A stretch of 64,000 nt of DNA from Octopus vulgaris (GCA_951406725.2 OX597823.1:8184001-8248000); one strand, 5' to 3'; numbered from the stretch's first letter, positions 29,140 through 44,217 are shown. Notes: generated by a model not told the origin, from the letters alone. Program-made: numbers and translations.

Positions 29140-29258
29140 TGTAGCTAGTCATTGCTTTTGTCCAGTCGCTGTGTTCAACCATCTTGCACATACAAGGATA
29201 AGACCCTTGCGTGTTGTCGACATTTCCACCACAGAACAGGTCGTACTGGTTTACATGG
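29140..29258 (-). pseudogene. possible decayed calcium-binding EGF-like exon
   Basis: Acceptor TTCTGTAG, then PCK...GG(K)C-DNTQGSYPCMCK-DG*T across frameshifts. Confidence 0.35.
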
Positions 29259-31197
29259 CTACAGAAGCAAATAATTTTAGAGACCTGACCTCCATAAAAC
29301 GGAAATGATACATTAGATATCGTAATCCTAGCTATACCTAAAAGTTTGGTGTGTTCGCTGCTGGAATATATTTTATCAACGATATGATCATACAAAGATA
29401 ACATTATGCTAAATATCAACACACTACACCAAAACATATGATGGCTAAGCGACATTTTAGAGATGAGTAGAATATAATTATCATAAAAAAAAACTATCAG
29501 TATATTAATCATAAAATATATAACAAGTTCTATCTGTAAACAGACACGAAAGTAACGATGTGCTCTTTTTTTTCAATTGTTTCGTAACGTAATTACATGA
29601 AATGTTTTGACCGGATATCAAAATCTGATTGCTCTTATTGTTCATTTCTATTTTACTGCGTTATATATTATTATACGTATTTATGTTTGGAACAATACAC
29701 TTAATAATTTCACAAAGGCCGCATTTAAAGGTACCAACTATATTTCGCAAGTACATCTCGGAATTTTGTCCTCTCTTGTCTTGTTTTACTCTTATATTCT
29801 TTCAATTAAACAAAACAGTTTTATCTCTGGCTTTCCATTGTGACATCTTTCACAAGTTATGTGATTAACAACCGCTATATTTTCGTTACCTATTTAGTCT
29901 CAACAGATTGGCCTTATGGACCCATCATAATCACAAAATACAACGTTGTTTTTTGATACTTTTATATTTTTATTTTCTTCAAAAGCTGCCTCTTCTTTTG
30001 GCAGCAAATTTACTGAACAACTCTCTTCTTCAATAAATTTTTTATTTCCGAAGACGTCTCAGTCTATAAGTAAAATACTGTCTAATGCTGTCTCATTTAG
30101 ATACAGTCTGTTAGAATACGATTGTTCTCTGGAGTCAATATTCCCAACAGAGCACATTCTTTAACAGAAACTTTTTATTAAAACTGACATTTTAAATACG
30201 CTACATTAATAAAGCGACGAGAGTCTGTCTTAATGAGTCTTAACTATTTGGTGCCACCATTCTCATACGTTTCAATTTACCTATTATCACATTTATGTAT
30301 TGGCATGCTATTTATTTCGACAGGTCTCCGCCACGTTTCTGTGTGTAGAAGCATTTTAATATTAGCTGCACTGTTATCAAATCTGATTGGCTAATTTACA
30401 ACCATGTGATCGTTTGGTTTAAGATGTACTTTAATGACGATATGGACTTCCTTCAGTACAAAGCTTGCAGATTCGTATTTGCACTTTATCTTTAACTGTG
30501 TCATCTTCTATATTTCCTTTATCATTGATAGAAAGAAGATGAAGTTAGTCTGACACATTAGTAGGTTTGATGTATTGGCTCTGGTGATATCACTAATACA
30601 TATCAAATTAAACTAAGTGGTATGAGATAAACGATGACTGCGATAGTATGCCATTTATAATTGCAAGTAACGAGAAGCCATAAGTGTTCATATCTGCTCT
30701 CTACCTTTTACACCATCTCGAAAGGAAAGTGGCCCACCTCTATATTTTGATGACTTACGTTTTATAATATACATTACTAAGGTCGTTTCAGTTTTTATTC
30801 AAATTAAAGAAAATATGAAAAATATAGAATCTATGAAAAATTAATTCTTAATATGCACTAGAGTTTTGGTGAACACAGAAGGTATAATTGATAAAATGTC
30901 TTTGAATATTAATTTGGATAAGTATCGTTTGGACACATGCAGATTATCGTATGAATTTTAAGCCATAGATTCATTTTCGATTCCTTCTTAGTAATTTGTA
31001 ATATACTGCATTGAACATTAGTATTGCTTTCCTTGCTCAAGCTGAGTGACTGGTGAATTATCTATGGAGATAAATTAGTGCTGTATAATAAAAGAAAAAA
31101 AAATACAGAATTTATTTTGAGGAGATGGAGTTTAATATAATCGATAGCACAGTCGCCTGACAAAAGATAGAATCGTGATTCCAGTCCTGCATAATGT

Positions 31198-32652
<1,455 letters not shown>

Positions 32653-35191
32653 CAGATTGTTGATAAAGCTTAATACCATCTAATATATAAAAAGAATTCT
32701 TGAATGAAAAAAGGTACGTGAATTTAAAATCCATGTAAATTAAGCGTGTAACCTTTTCCCAAGTTTCCGTTGAAACCATTTCAGTTACATCGACAATAAC
32801 CGTTGAACAATTTATTAACTACATAACTTTTCAGCTACTCAACCATGCAAATACAAGAGTTTGGGGAATATTTGTACTGAATTAACGTACGATCATGAGC
32901 CAAACTCGATCACTTGTGTTGCTCACATATAGCTAGTGAAACCCTGAAAGGCCGAGAGGCCGAAATTATCTCTTTTTTATTATAAAGAAGTACCAGTAAG
33001 ATACAAGTTCCCGGTCAACGAATGATACACTATGTTGTCGAATTTAACTTGGACTTAATGGGGAAGTACTTACAGAGACTTAAGAGACTAAAGGATAATT
33101 TTGCAAGCAATATAGAGCTCCAGCACTACTTTAACGATATTTCTTTTGCTCAATTCTGACATTGGGGCTCATGAAGGCGTCTTTCGTTGTGGAGTGTATC
33201 TCAGATTGGCCAAATGTTTAAGAAAAATTTAGTTTAGAAGTGCCAGATTATGAGACACTCTTAAATTTTAGAGTGTTTCAAATATTTAGAAATTAGATCT
33301 GTATGTATCCATCGTGCATGTTTATTGAGTTGTCTCCTTCGACATCTTCTTCAATTCGCGGAAGGAGTACTCCACAACTTATGAGATGTTCTGCACTTAA
33401 CACTAACCAATCTGCTTTCGCTATGGCAAGATGGGCAGCTTCCCAAAATTTAGCATTACGTCTGGTTAGATCTTCATTAACTTGCGGAATATATATCTTT
33501 CAATACACTATTGCTCCTAATGTTTGGTTCAAAGTAGAGTCCTGGGGTGTATTTGATCTCAAAGCATGTTCAATTAGAATGAATTGCTTTTGCAAGTAAA
33601 ATGCTTTCGACAGAGAAGGCCAATGTTCAATTAACCGTTGAAATTCATATATTTTCTCCACATCTAAATCGTAATAGGAGTGATGCTGAAAGTTCTTCTT
33701 TTATTTTAGTGTGCCTGTGATTAAGAGATGGACTGGCTGAACGAGAACTGACTTGGTGATGGGCACACAAAGGAAACGGCAAGATGATAAAAACAGTTAA
33801 CTTTTTAGCCTAAAGGATATAACCTTATCAAAAATCAGATATAACTATAAATGATAAAGGATAAAATAACAAACATACATAGTACGCGCAAAAGTAATCT
33901 GTGTAAATGTTCAGATTAATATATGAATACCATAGATTCTTACACCACTGTTTTAAAAATAAATGTATGTTGAAAGTGTATCGCATTTATCAGGCTTACT
34001 AATAATACCTCGCATAATATACTGCATGTGTAATATCGTGGCTAGGCAATCTGTGAGGTGCTACACTGTAAATGCTTTTGGATAGTTATTATTTCGGAGA
34101 CAGCTTACATATTTATGAACTAGGAAATAAATAAATAAAAACAAACAAAATAGATTTGTATATTATTTCCTTGAAAGAAGCAAGCTAATCCCATGGTTAG
34201 GAAGTCCTCCCCTATTTCACGCTTTTGGGTAAATCTCTTGAGTGGAAATGAAACGATTGCAATGTGGCTGCATCATATACTTTCCCCTTTGAACAAATCA
34301 CCATCCTTACTATTTTCCTCGAGTGAATGCTTTATGTAAGGCATGAAACGTTCCAGTATTCGTTATTCTTTTCTATTGTTTCATTCCAAATCATACGGAA
34401 TTAAAAAGTTTCATGAACATACAATGTTATTTCGAATCGAAGCAGATCCATGCCTATTAACTTCAACGGATCTCTAAGCGTATAAACGTTCGACCAATAA
34501 AGCTAAATTATGATATTTGTAATGTTCTATGAATTTTTTTTTATAAACTGCGTTGCATGGAATATTTGGAGAATTTGGTCTTGGGCAAAAGCCAGTTTTA
34601 TAACATTATATAAAGCAGCTGATTGACCTCAATAACATTGCTTGCATGGCTTATTTTCCTGAATAGCACCAATAATATGCACAAAAAGTCAGTATTGCTT
34701 TCGCTGAAAAGTAAATCGGGCATTGCTGTACACAAACATATAATTCCAGCTTATACTATTTATTGCAGCAGTCGAGTTACTATTGGATTTCACCAAGAAA
34801 TGACAAACTCCTCAAAAGAGATATGAATAAAAGCATTATTTTCAAGAGATATGCCTAAAAGCATTTCCGGAAATCTGTAACTTTCTTTTGAAGCAAACAT
34901 GATCATATTAGTAACCAAAGCTAATTATAATGAGCATTGCAATAAAAAAGTAAAAAAAAATGATTATAAAAAAATACTGCATAAAAAATATCTTCGATAC
35001 AAATTTGATATATTTTTATATACTTTTCTCACGATTGTTATAACTGCAGCTTCCACGTTAAGGATATTTTCTATCTAATTTCACTCTCAAATTAATATTT
35101 CAACTATGACACATAGGTACTCAAGACCGCAAACTTCTGCTCCCTAATCGATAACTTTCAATTACTATTTCTAATTATAAATGTTTTCTTT

Positions 35192-35338
35192 ATAATGCGG
35201 GACAGCATGGCAATGAACCAACGCATTTTCTGTAAAGAACGAAGCAATATTTAGTTGGTCCTTTTGCCACCAGCTTATAATATCCACTGCACGTAAAATG
35301 TGCGGTTGTGTCTACATTTCAACTAATGTTGGCATAAC
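35192..35338 (-). pseudogene. possible decayed Sushi/CCP exon
   Basis: Acceptor ATTTCATTTTGTAG, then GYANIS*NVDTTAHFTCSGYYKLVAKGPTKYCFVLYRKCVGSLPCC. Confidence 0.45.
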
Positions 35339-35895
35339 CTACAAAATGAAATAATAAAACAAACAACCAACCAGTTTTATTAATTGCATTTACGTATGTG
35401 AAGGATACAAGAGAAGAATAGAATTTATGATAAAATGTTCGCATTGAACCTTCTTTAAAATGATTAAATTTCTATTAACTTTCAGCACATGAAATACCTC
35501 AAAAAACAAATAAATGAAACAAAAAGATTAATTGATGTTTCATGATACCCAAATCAAAAACGATAATTACAATCTAATAATAAATGCTATGTTCACCTCG
35601 CTTGTTCAATTAACATAGGAAATATATTTAATTAAACAGCTAAGTTAGCACAATGCCAACAACAAAAGAAAAAGAGTGTGTTGCTAATTAAGCTCTTATG
35701 GAATAATGCATCCAAAGAAACACAATTTCAGCAATTCTCCAGTATCCTCTCTTTTAGCATAGACTAAAATGCTAAGATAAAATTACAAAATATTTTACTT
35801 TTTCATTTTTTAACTAAAGTGGCACAGAAGACAGAATACAAGCGATCTGATACTTGCCTGATTATCTGGTCGTGCCAAGAATATTGTTATTGTTG

Positions 35896-35951
<56 letters not shown>

Positions 35952-35964
35952 AACAACAGCAATG

Positions 35965-35997
<33 letters not shown>

Positions 35998-36042
35998 GCA
36001 AAAATAATAATAATAATAATAATAAAAATAATAATAATAATG

Positions 36043-36083
<41 letters not shown>

Positions 36084-36667
36084 CAGACATGACAGAGTTG
36101 GAACCTACATACATTGGAAGCTATGCCAACATTATGGAATAACAACAGAAAAAGATGGTATAGGCACACACCAGAAAAGGTCACAGAAAACGAGAAAGCA
36201 ACCATACTCTGGGATATGCCGATACACACAGATAGAGAAATTAAGGCCAACAGACCAGATATAGTTGTCAAAGATCATGAAGAAAAAAATGCTTTTTAAT
36301 TGATGTATCAATACCGGCAGATGACAACGTGTCTCTAAAAGAAATGGAGAAACTCTCAAAATACAAAGACCTGGAAATAGAGGTAACTAGAATGTGGAAT
36401 CTGAAAACAGAAACAATTCCTATCATAGTAGGTGCATTAGGCATGATAAAAAAATATTCAGACAAATACATAAAAAAACACCAGGACTTACAAACACATA
36501 TAACATACAGAAAATTGCACTACTAGGCACTGCCCACATCCTACGCAGAACACTTTCCATACAATAACCATCAGAGCATCACAACAAATCACAGCACATA
36601 CCCAAGGCACACAGAGCTGCGCTCGGTAGTGAAGTGAAAGCACGCTATAAAAATAAAAATAAAACTA

Positions 36668-36670
<3 letters not shown>
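36084..36670 (+). mobile_element. 5'-truncated R4/Dong-like LINE (restriction-like endonuclease domain)
   Basis: RHDRVGTYIHWKLC...ILWDMPIHTDREIKANRPDIVV...IDVSIP...KLSKYKDLEIEV...PIIVGALG; (TAA)n on both sides. Confidence 0.93.
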
Positions 36671-36702
<32 letters not shown>

Positions 36703-36728
36703 TAATAATAATAATGATAATAATAATG

Positions 36729-37705
36729 CAAAACAGTCTGGGATGGCACGTCAAACAACAGATTGAAACTTTCGATGTTGCTGCTAGAAATAGCAATACA
36801 ATAATTAGTAAAAACGTGACACACTCAAAAGAACATTTAAGAAACAGTATGAACAAAGATTGAATAACTGGAAAGTAGAAGCGATGCATGGGCAATACTC
36901 AGAGTAATGGGAAGATCATTATGAAATCAACATCTGGAGGAGGTTAAGGAAAAGTGGTCTGAAAAGATGCAGTGTGGGATTGATATGCAGCGTTTAGGAA
37001 CAGGCTCTGAGAACTAATTATACACTTAGTTCCGAATAGGTAAGAGTAGAGAATCGCCCTTTTGTAGAATGTGTGGCAGCAAAAACGAAACAGTCGTCTC
37101 ATATATTGTGAGTGAGTGTAGCAAATTGGCTGATAAAGAATACAAAAGGAGACATGCTAACGTAGCTAGGTATGTTCATTGGAGGTTGTGTGAGAAGTAC
37201 GGTCTTGGAAGGACACTGAAATAGTAAAGCATAAACCAGAAAGTGTCACCGAGAATAATGAGTATAATATCGTGTGCGATTTTACTTTGTGATTCAGTGA
37301 TTGATGCTCTGAGACCAGACACTGTTGTAAACGAAAGGAGGAAGGAAATCAAGTTCATAGGTATTGCCATAACTTGGGATGCACTGGTGGATGATAAAAA
37401 ACTGGAAAAGATTGAGAAGCTCGCGCCACTAAAATATAAGATTGCACGAATGACGAATGAAGGCAATGAAGAAAGGTATTCATTCGGAGCCTTAAAAATC
37501 AGGTTTGAGAAATTTGTTGGAGAAATTGGGATTGGCATGAAGGTAGAACATTGCTTTATTGGGGACAGCGAGGATTTTGAGATCGGTACTGGATGTTAAG
37601 TACAGCAGAAAGTGACATCGAGAGACCTTTAACAATAGGTTGTTGTCTGCTCTTACAGAATTAACCAGAGCAAGTGAAATCGAGAGCCCTAAGAAGTGAA
37701 ATGCC
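36729..37705 (+). mobile_element. older R4/Dong-like LINE 3' part
   Basis: MHGQY...EQALRTNY...CRMCGSKNETV..IVSECSKLADKEYKRRH.NVARYVHWRLC...RPD; many stops and frameshifts. Confidence 0.85.
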
Positions 37706-37729
37706 AATAACAATGATAATAACAATGGT

Positions 37730-37860
37730 TTCAAATTTTTGGCACATGGCTAGCAATTCTGGGGGATTGGGTAAGTCGATTACATAAACCCTAGACTCAT
37801 CTGGTACTAATTTTATCGACCCCGAAAGGATGAAAGGCAAGGTCAACTTTGATCTTCGGA
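37730..37860 (-). mobile_element. SINE family B fragment
   Basis: ATCGACCCCGAAAGGATGAAAGGCAAGGTC core. Confidence 0.75.
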
Positions 37861-37862
37861 AT

Positions 37863-38870
37863 GGAAGTATTCCAACATGGTGGAATACGAATAAGATGAC
37901 CTTTATTGTAATATACAAGCAGAAAGGTGCTGAAGTCTCAAACCAATAACTTGCTTGCCCCTACTATGGAAACTGTTTAAAAGTATGTCTGTGGATAATA
38001 TTTTTGTACATTTAGGGGAATTCAACCTACTCCCGAATGAACAGAATGTGTGCCTGAGAAATTGAAGAGGGACGAAAGAATAGTTAGTAACTAACAAAAT
38101 AACTATAGGAAACTGCAAGAGATGATAAGCTTAGCAGTGGGGATAACTGAATAAAAAAAAAAAAACACATGACAGGGTCTCCCAGTAAGAATGAAAAGGA
38201 ACTGCTCACCTATATCAGTACTGTGAGCATTTAGCTATAAGACGAGAATGAACTATGTACTTCCTAGTGTGGAGCCTTTGTGATGAAAAAGGAGACATCA
38301 TAAAAGTGATGGAATATATCTACTGAACGATAAGAATAAACAGGAGATCGATACAAATGATGGACATAAATATCTGAGAGTCCCGGAAGCTGATGCTATA
38401 AAAGATAGAACAATGGCGAATATAGTAAAGAAAGAATATTACCGAGAAGAAAATCCAAGCTCAATGGGATAAATGATATTCCTGCTCAAGAGCCGTATAG
38501 TGCCGGATTAATTAAGTGAACAAAAGAATACCGTGAGAAAGGAGATTGCTGGCTGTCTATAAGGCCTAACACTCATAGGTAGATGTTGATAAATTGTATT
38601 TCGGTAGAAAGAATGGAGGAAGAGTATTAATAAGCGTAAAAAAGAAAAAAAACCTGTATGGAAGTATAGAGAGATTAATGAAGTGCGTTGCTGAGAGCAA
38701 AGAGGATCTTTTGATAGCAGTAAGAAGAGAGGATATAGGAACGGCTGCAAAAAGTTTGAATGATTGGTTGAGAATGTTACATACCCTGATTCCACAGAAT
38801 ACCTATTTGCTTGGCACTGTAAGGTTTATAAGAAAGGTACTTGACCCTACTGCTGCAGGACACAGCTCTA
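37863..38870 (+). mobile_element. heavily decayed R4/Dong-like RT fragments
   Basis: PITCLPLLWKLF...LLPNEQ...RGTKE*L, YKYL-like segment and LYFGRKNGGR motif. Confidence 0.7.
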
Positions 38871-39441
38871 TATCTAACAATCTAATAAAGGAAGAAGAAA
38901 AACGAAATGGCGAGTGAATGAAAGTAACAACAAAAACACATCACCATGAACAGCAAGAATAATAATACCTTGATTGAAAAACAACGTGGTCATGGAACCA
39001 TGCGTCACCATTAAAAGCAAAATAAACCCGATAATATTGCCAAGACTAGATCGATATTGACAAAGTAAGAAAGTGATATTAGCAGGCTTTCAGTAAGTTA
39101 AATTGATAATTTTGTTTTGACTTGCAGCTGGTTGTTGTATACAAAATTTATTGTTTAAATATACACGCGTGTAAATGAGAAACAGTAAGGATGTTGGACA
39201 AATATTAATAAAAAATCTGGATATAAATAAGACAAGGCGGAAACGATCCCAGTAAATCCAACTTTACAAATTATTAATATATACACAATGCAATGTTTAA
39301 ATAACGATCAGCAAGTGCAAGGAAGAAGGGAACATTTGGTGCAAAAAACAAAACAAAACAATAAGAATTTAAAAATAAACCAACACTACTTAAAAGTACT
39401 TCAACTCTATTCAGGTATAAAACTTACTGTTCGAACAGCAG

Positions 39442-39479
<38 letters not shown>

Positions 39480-39552
39480 TTTTTTTTTTATATATATATA
39501 TTTTTATATAATGATAAATCTCAGAGCGAGTTATAAACAGTAGCGGTAACAC

Positions 39553-39999
39553 ATCGTGACGCATATTTGCCATTTGAATATGGCTAACCCCTAAGGGTGG
39601 ATGCTACTGTAGTTTGTAGCCCCAGGAAGATATCTCCTCCAGCTGGCTATAGACACACTATCTGTGTCCTCTCAGTATTTGTGAAGGGGAGTCATCCTCC
39701 CCGTCTTCAACTCATGATACACACGGACCCGAGTTTCAAGGTGTTTACCTTTCATCAGCGTGTGACAATCATGGTTGTCGACGAGAAGTCAGCTCCCTTC
39801 ACAAATACATATACTTTTTCCAGTGTCGATTGACATTGTGAGTTGAAGACGGGGAGGATGACTCCCCTTCACAAATACTGAGAGGACACAGATAGTGTGT
39901 CTATAGCCAGCTGGAGGAGATATCTTCCTGGGGCTACAAACTACAGTAGCATCCACCCTTAGGGGTTAGCCATATTCAAATGGCAAATATGCGTCACGA

Positions 40000-40000
<1 letters not shown>
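39553..40000. repeat. 162-bp inverted repeat with a 124-bp spacer, between (TA)n tracts
   Basis: 39553-39714 is the reverse complement of 39839-40000 (no mismatch seen by eye). Confidence 0.95.
39713..39773 (-). ncRNA. type I hammerhead ribozyme
   Basis: Minus strand: CATGAT-TGT-CACACG CTGATGA AAGGT-AAAC-ACCTT GAAAC-TCGG-GTC CGTGTG-T-ATCATG. Intact core, GUC site, all stems pair. Confidence 0.88.
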
Positions 40001-40058
<58 letters not shown>

Positions 40059-41859
40059 GACAGAAAGTAGTTCAGTAAGTAACCAGGATTGATATGGACA
40101 TGATTACAAATGTCCCCGGACATGATCACTAACGCGATCTTAAAAAGTCAATATTACCATCTATGTTATCATCACTGTTTGCTATGATTAAGAGAACAGT
40201 TCCGAAATGTAGAAACAGAATGTATCTACCCAGGTGGGTGAATGAACCGAAATATTTGTTTGGCAGTAGCACGAAGTGGAATGTATATCATAGCTATCTT
40301 GAATGTACAAGATATCTATGCCTGTATAGGATATGTTCATTTATCAAGTTGCCAGTGTTTGGTTCTGAAGTCTGCATTACAATAATGATTAATTGACTAT
40401 CCAAGATATTCTGGCAGAAGTATTCCCAATATTTTCTCTTAATCTGTTGATCTAGAACTTCGACACAGACATATTATAACTTGTAACCAATGTTTCACGT
40501 GAGCAACAGATGAAAAACATATGGAGTCAATAAATGAAGAATACATAAGAATCTTAGCAATTCTTCATTATTTTGTAATTCAATAAAATTCATTCTGAGC
40601 ACAAATTCTGTAAATTTTCTCCCGGATATTCTTACTCTCACTTTCTGTCTATCTTCTGTCAGTCTTCCTCCAGTCATCATGCCATTTGTCTCCTCACGCG
40701 CGCGTGTGTGTGTGTGAGTTTACATTCAAACAATGATGCAGACAGAAATAATGAAAATTTTATAACTGAAAATCCGGTCATACGTACAAAGGAATGAAAT
40801 AAACCGTTAGGAATGTCGGCAGCTTTATCTTTTTTAATGTTCCCAAGAAAGCAGAGAACAATATCCACAGCATTTTCAGCTAACACTTCCAGGGTAGTGA
40901 AGAGGGAGGGCAACATTTATGACCTTTGTAGGTCACACTCCTTGGCTCGCCTAAGAAACATGTTTATTGCTACATTAGCCAATACGTCCTTTCTTCCAGA
41001 CAGTCGTGTGATATGGCAGCTATTTCTAGTAACTCCAAACGAGGGCTCCTTTCGTTGCTTCAAAACCAACTGGTATATTCGGCCTACTAAACATGAAGGA
41101 GTCAGTTATATATTCGGGTTAGTTCTTCAACTTATGCTTCTAACTATACAGGAAACATCATCACAATATATTATATACTTTAATTACATCATATGCGTTT
41201 TTGTGTTTTATTTTACTTCTTTTAAAAGTGTTTTAATCAATATGTTATTATCATTCGTTATTTTCCCCCTCTTAATTGTATATTCTTCCCATATTTTCAA
41301 TATAAGTGAACTCGTAAAGGAGGTAAATGAAATAAGAACGGATCAAATATTTCTCGGTTTTCACTTTTGCCATTCTCCTTTCTAGATTCATCACTCATTC
41401 AACACTATACACACTGTATGCCAGTCATCCACCGCAGTCAGTTTTAAATTGAGTGAATATCTATATTATTGATAAGCAGTGATTAGGTTCGCAATATAAA
41501 TTTTTAGTTGGGTCGAGCCTTTGTGTGTTCTGGCTGCACTGGACATTATGTACTGCATTTGGTGTTTACAGTTTGTACTTCCGCTTTTCAGATCTTGCGT
41601 GTGTATGATTGAAGTTGATTTATCGATTTATTAGGGGCCACTCAACCGAGATTATGACCTACTATGGATGATGGATCAAGCGTGTGTGAGATGAATTTAT
41701 GTAGGGTATACTTAAACGCTTCATAGCACGTTCCTACTTTCTACTTTCTCTTAATATTGAGTTAAGTAACCGAGTTCTTCGAAAACCAGGGATCTTACAA
41801 TATATCATTTTTCTTTCTATATAATTGTACATAAATTATTTTTATTTATTTCACTACCT

Positions 41860-42300
41860 TAGCAGTTTGTATCACTTTTGACAGTTTAACTTCATCCGTT
41901 AACTGAGAACCCAGGCAGACTACTTCATCATCTAAATTTGATAGAATGGTGATAAATAAGAGAAGTGCGAGATCAATACTTCATTCAATATTTGTTCTCG
42001 TCAAGACAGGCTTCAAACTGCAGGGATGTGCTACACAGCTTTGTTCAGTACCAAAACGACATTGAATAATACTGAGGAAGTTGTTAATCATCATCGGGGA
42101 GTTATCAGTTTTCTTACAGAGCCATTCGTTCCGGTATATTAGTTTTTGTGCGAGGTGATGGATATAAGCCTATAAATACTGAATTGTGCTTTGCCTTCCT
42201 CTTCATAAATTGATGTGAGGATTCTTTTCACCAAATGTTCGAAATGTCTCAGTATCCAGTGTTTGAAAAGAATTTTTCAAAACATTTTCTAGGGAATTCT
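41860..42300 (-). pseudogene. decayed CR1/L2-group LINE RT
   Basis: YRLISITSH (resembles YRPISLTS) and LLLFITILSNLDDEVVCLGSQLTDEVKL (resembles LLFLIYINDL...FADDTKL). Confidence 0.6.
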
Positions 42301-42852
42301 TGCATGATTTATATATAGAATGATGGCTAGAATAAAGCTAGCTCAGGAGCTGGTTTTTACGAAATAAATAGAATCATTTTACGGTGAGGGTTGTGTGGGT
42401 GAGGAAACTACTCGTATTACTTTCTTGCCTCTATAAAACAAGCGATTTTATGTATTTGTTTTGATAATATTGTATATCTCCTATGTATAATTACTGCATG
42501 ATCCATCTTGATATTGTAGTCATCTGAGCTGACATTCGGTGAACGTAGGCTACATATAAAGAGGTTTAGGGTTAGCTTTAATTTCTTTCATATCATCGTA
42601 CGTTCTTTAAGAGATTGTCTGTTGAATTTCTGTTCGTCGTGTTTCTTGTCTTTTTAACAAGCAGATGGAATAGTAGGATTTCATGCATCTGTAGATTGGA
42701 TGCGTAAATAAAAGTGGCGTGTGTTACAGCACCCCGTAGACAAACTACAGCTAGATATCGAAGGAAATAAATAAGGTGGTTATGTAATATACTTTTAACA
42801 TGTTATATATATGTAAAATTATATATATATGTATATATGTATGTATGTATGC

Positions 42853-42915
<63 letters not shown>

Positions 42916-42944
42916 CGAGAAAGAAGCAACAAGAATGGATTAGT

Positions 42945-43035
42945 TTTTAGTACAATTGTTTCATACAAAGACAGGCTTTATTAAAAGTTGCAAATATTGC
43001 AGCAGATAAAAGTGTCCCGTACTCATCAGCTAAAA
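42945..43035 (-). ncRNA. type I hammerhead ribozyme with long stem-loop II
   Basis: TTTTAG CTGATGA GTACGGGACA...TGTCTTTGTAT GAAAC-AATT-GTA CTAAAA; lies in a ~210-bp island between (TA)n tracts. Confidence 0.75.
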
Positions 43036-43119
43036 CACATATGAGTTCTCCAAACATCTTAGTGGGTGAGGCTACACTCATGAAATATTGGAGATAATTT
43101 CATTACAAGCAGATTCAGG

Positions 43120-43157
<38 letters not shown>

Positions 43158-43452
43158 TTAGTTAAATATATTCAATGAGAATATTATATACTGAATTTAT
43201 ACTGAGTGATATATTGTATCAAAGTATTAATAGTATTAAAGTATTTATATAATACGAGCGATTATATGTATTTTATAATATATTATTATTAATATAAAGA
43301 AATCAATGTTAGAAAATTCTTCAGAAAGATATACACGTACGTAAAATAATTGTATTAAAAATATAAATATATATAGATATATGTAAAAATATATAAGTAT
43401 AAATATGTAATGTATATAACAGTTTTAAAGTTTTGAATTAGGTTTTTAGAGC

Positions 43453-43542
43453 ATCTTACAATCTTTTCACAGAGGTGCTGTCCCTATAATGAAATCTTAT
43501 ATTGATAAGCATTTATAGACAACTCTTCTACTCTTCAGAGAT
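43453..43542 (-). ncRNA. degenerate type I hammerhead motif
   Basis: ATCT CTGAAGA GTAGAAGAGTTGTC...GACAGCACCTCTGT GAAAA-GATT-GTA AGAT; stem III C replaced by A. Confidence 0.55.
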
Positions 43543-43702
43543 ATAAAATTTGAATTTTGTATAATATATCGAATGGTAGTTTTTAAATATGAAGTAATAC
43601 TATAAAATGGTTTTTGTTTGAAATATAAATTAAAAACTACTGATTTTGATTTTGGTAAATACACTTTAGTATGAGAGTCTTCAAACAAGCACCATTTTAT
43701 AG

Positions 43703-44090
43703 TAGGAGTGGCTGTGTGGTAAGTAGCTTGCTAACCAACCACATGGTTCCGGGTTCAGTCCCACTGCGTGGCATCTTGGGCAAGTGTCTTCTGCTATAGC
43801 CCCGGGCTGACCAATGCATTGTGAGTGGATTTGGTAGACGGAAACTGAAAGAAGCCTGTCGTATATATGTATATATATATAAGTGTGTGTGTGTGTGTGT
43901 TTGTCCCCCTAGCATTGCTTGACAACCGATGCTGGTGTGTTTACGTCCCCGTCACTTAGCGGTTCGGCAAAAGAGACCGATAGAATAAGTACTGGGCTTA
44001 CAAAGAATAAGTCCCGGGGTCGATCTGCTCGACTAAAAAGGCGGTGCTCCAGAATGGCCGCAGTCAAATGACTGAAACAAGTAAAAAAAA
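43703..44090 (+). mobile_element. SINE family A
   Basis: Full copy. Confidence 0.92.
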
Positions 44091-44137
44091 AATATCTATA
44101 AGGCACTAAAAGAGAATGACTCTCCCCACACACAACA

Positions 44138-44217
<80 letters not shown>

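Noticed and set aside
40813-41385. 190-aa ORF
   Set aside because: No recognisable domain; the opposite strand has faint LINE RT-like words, too weak to call.
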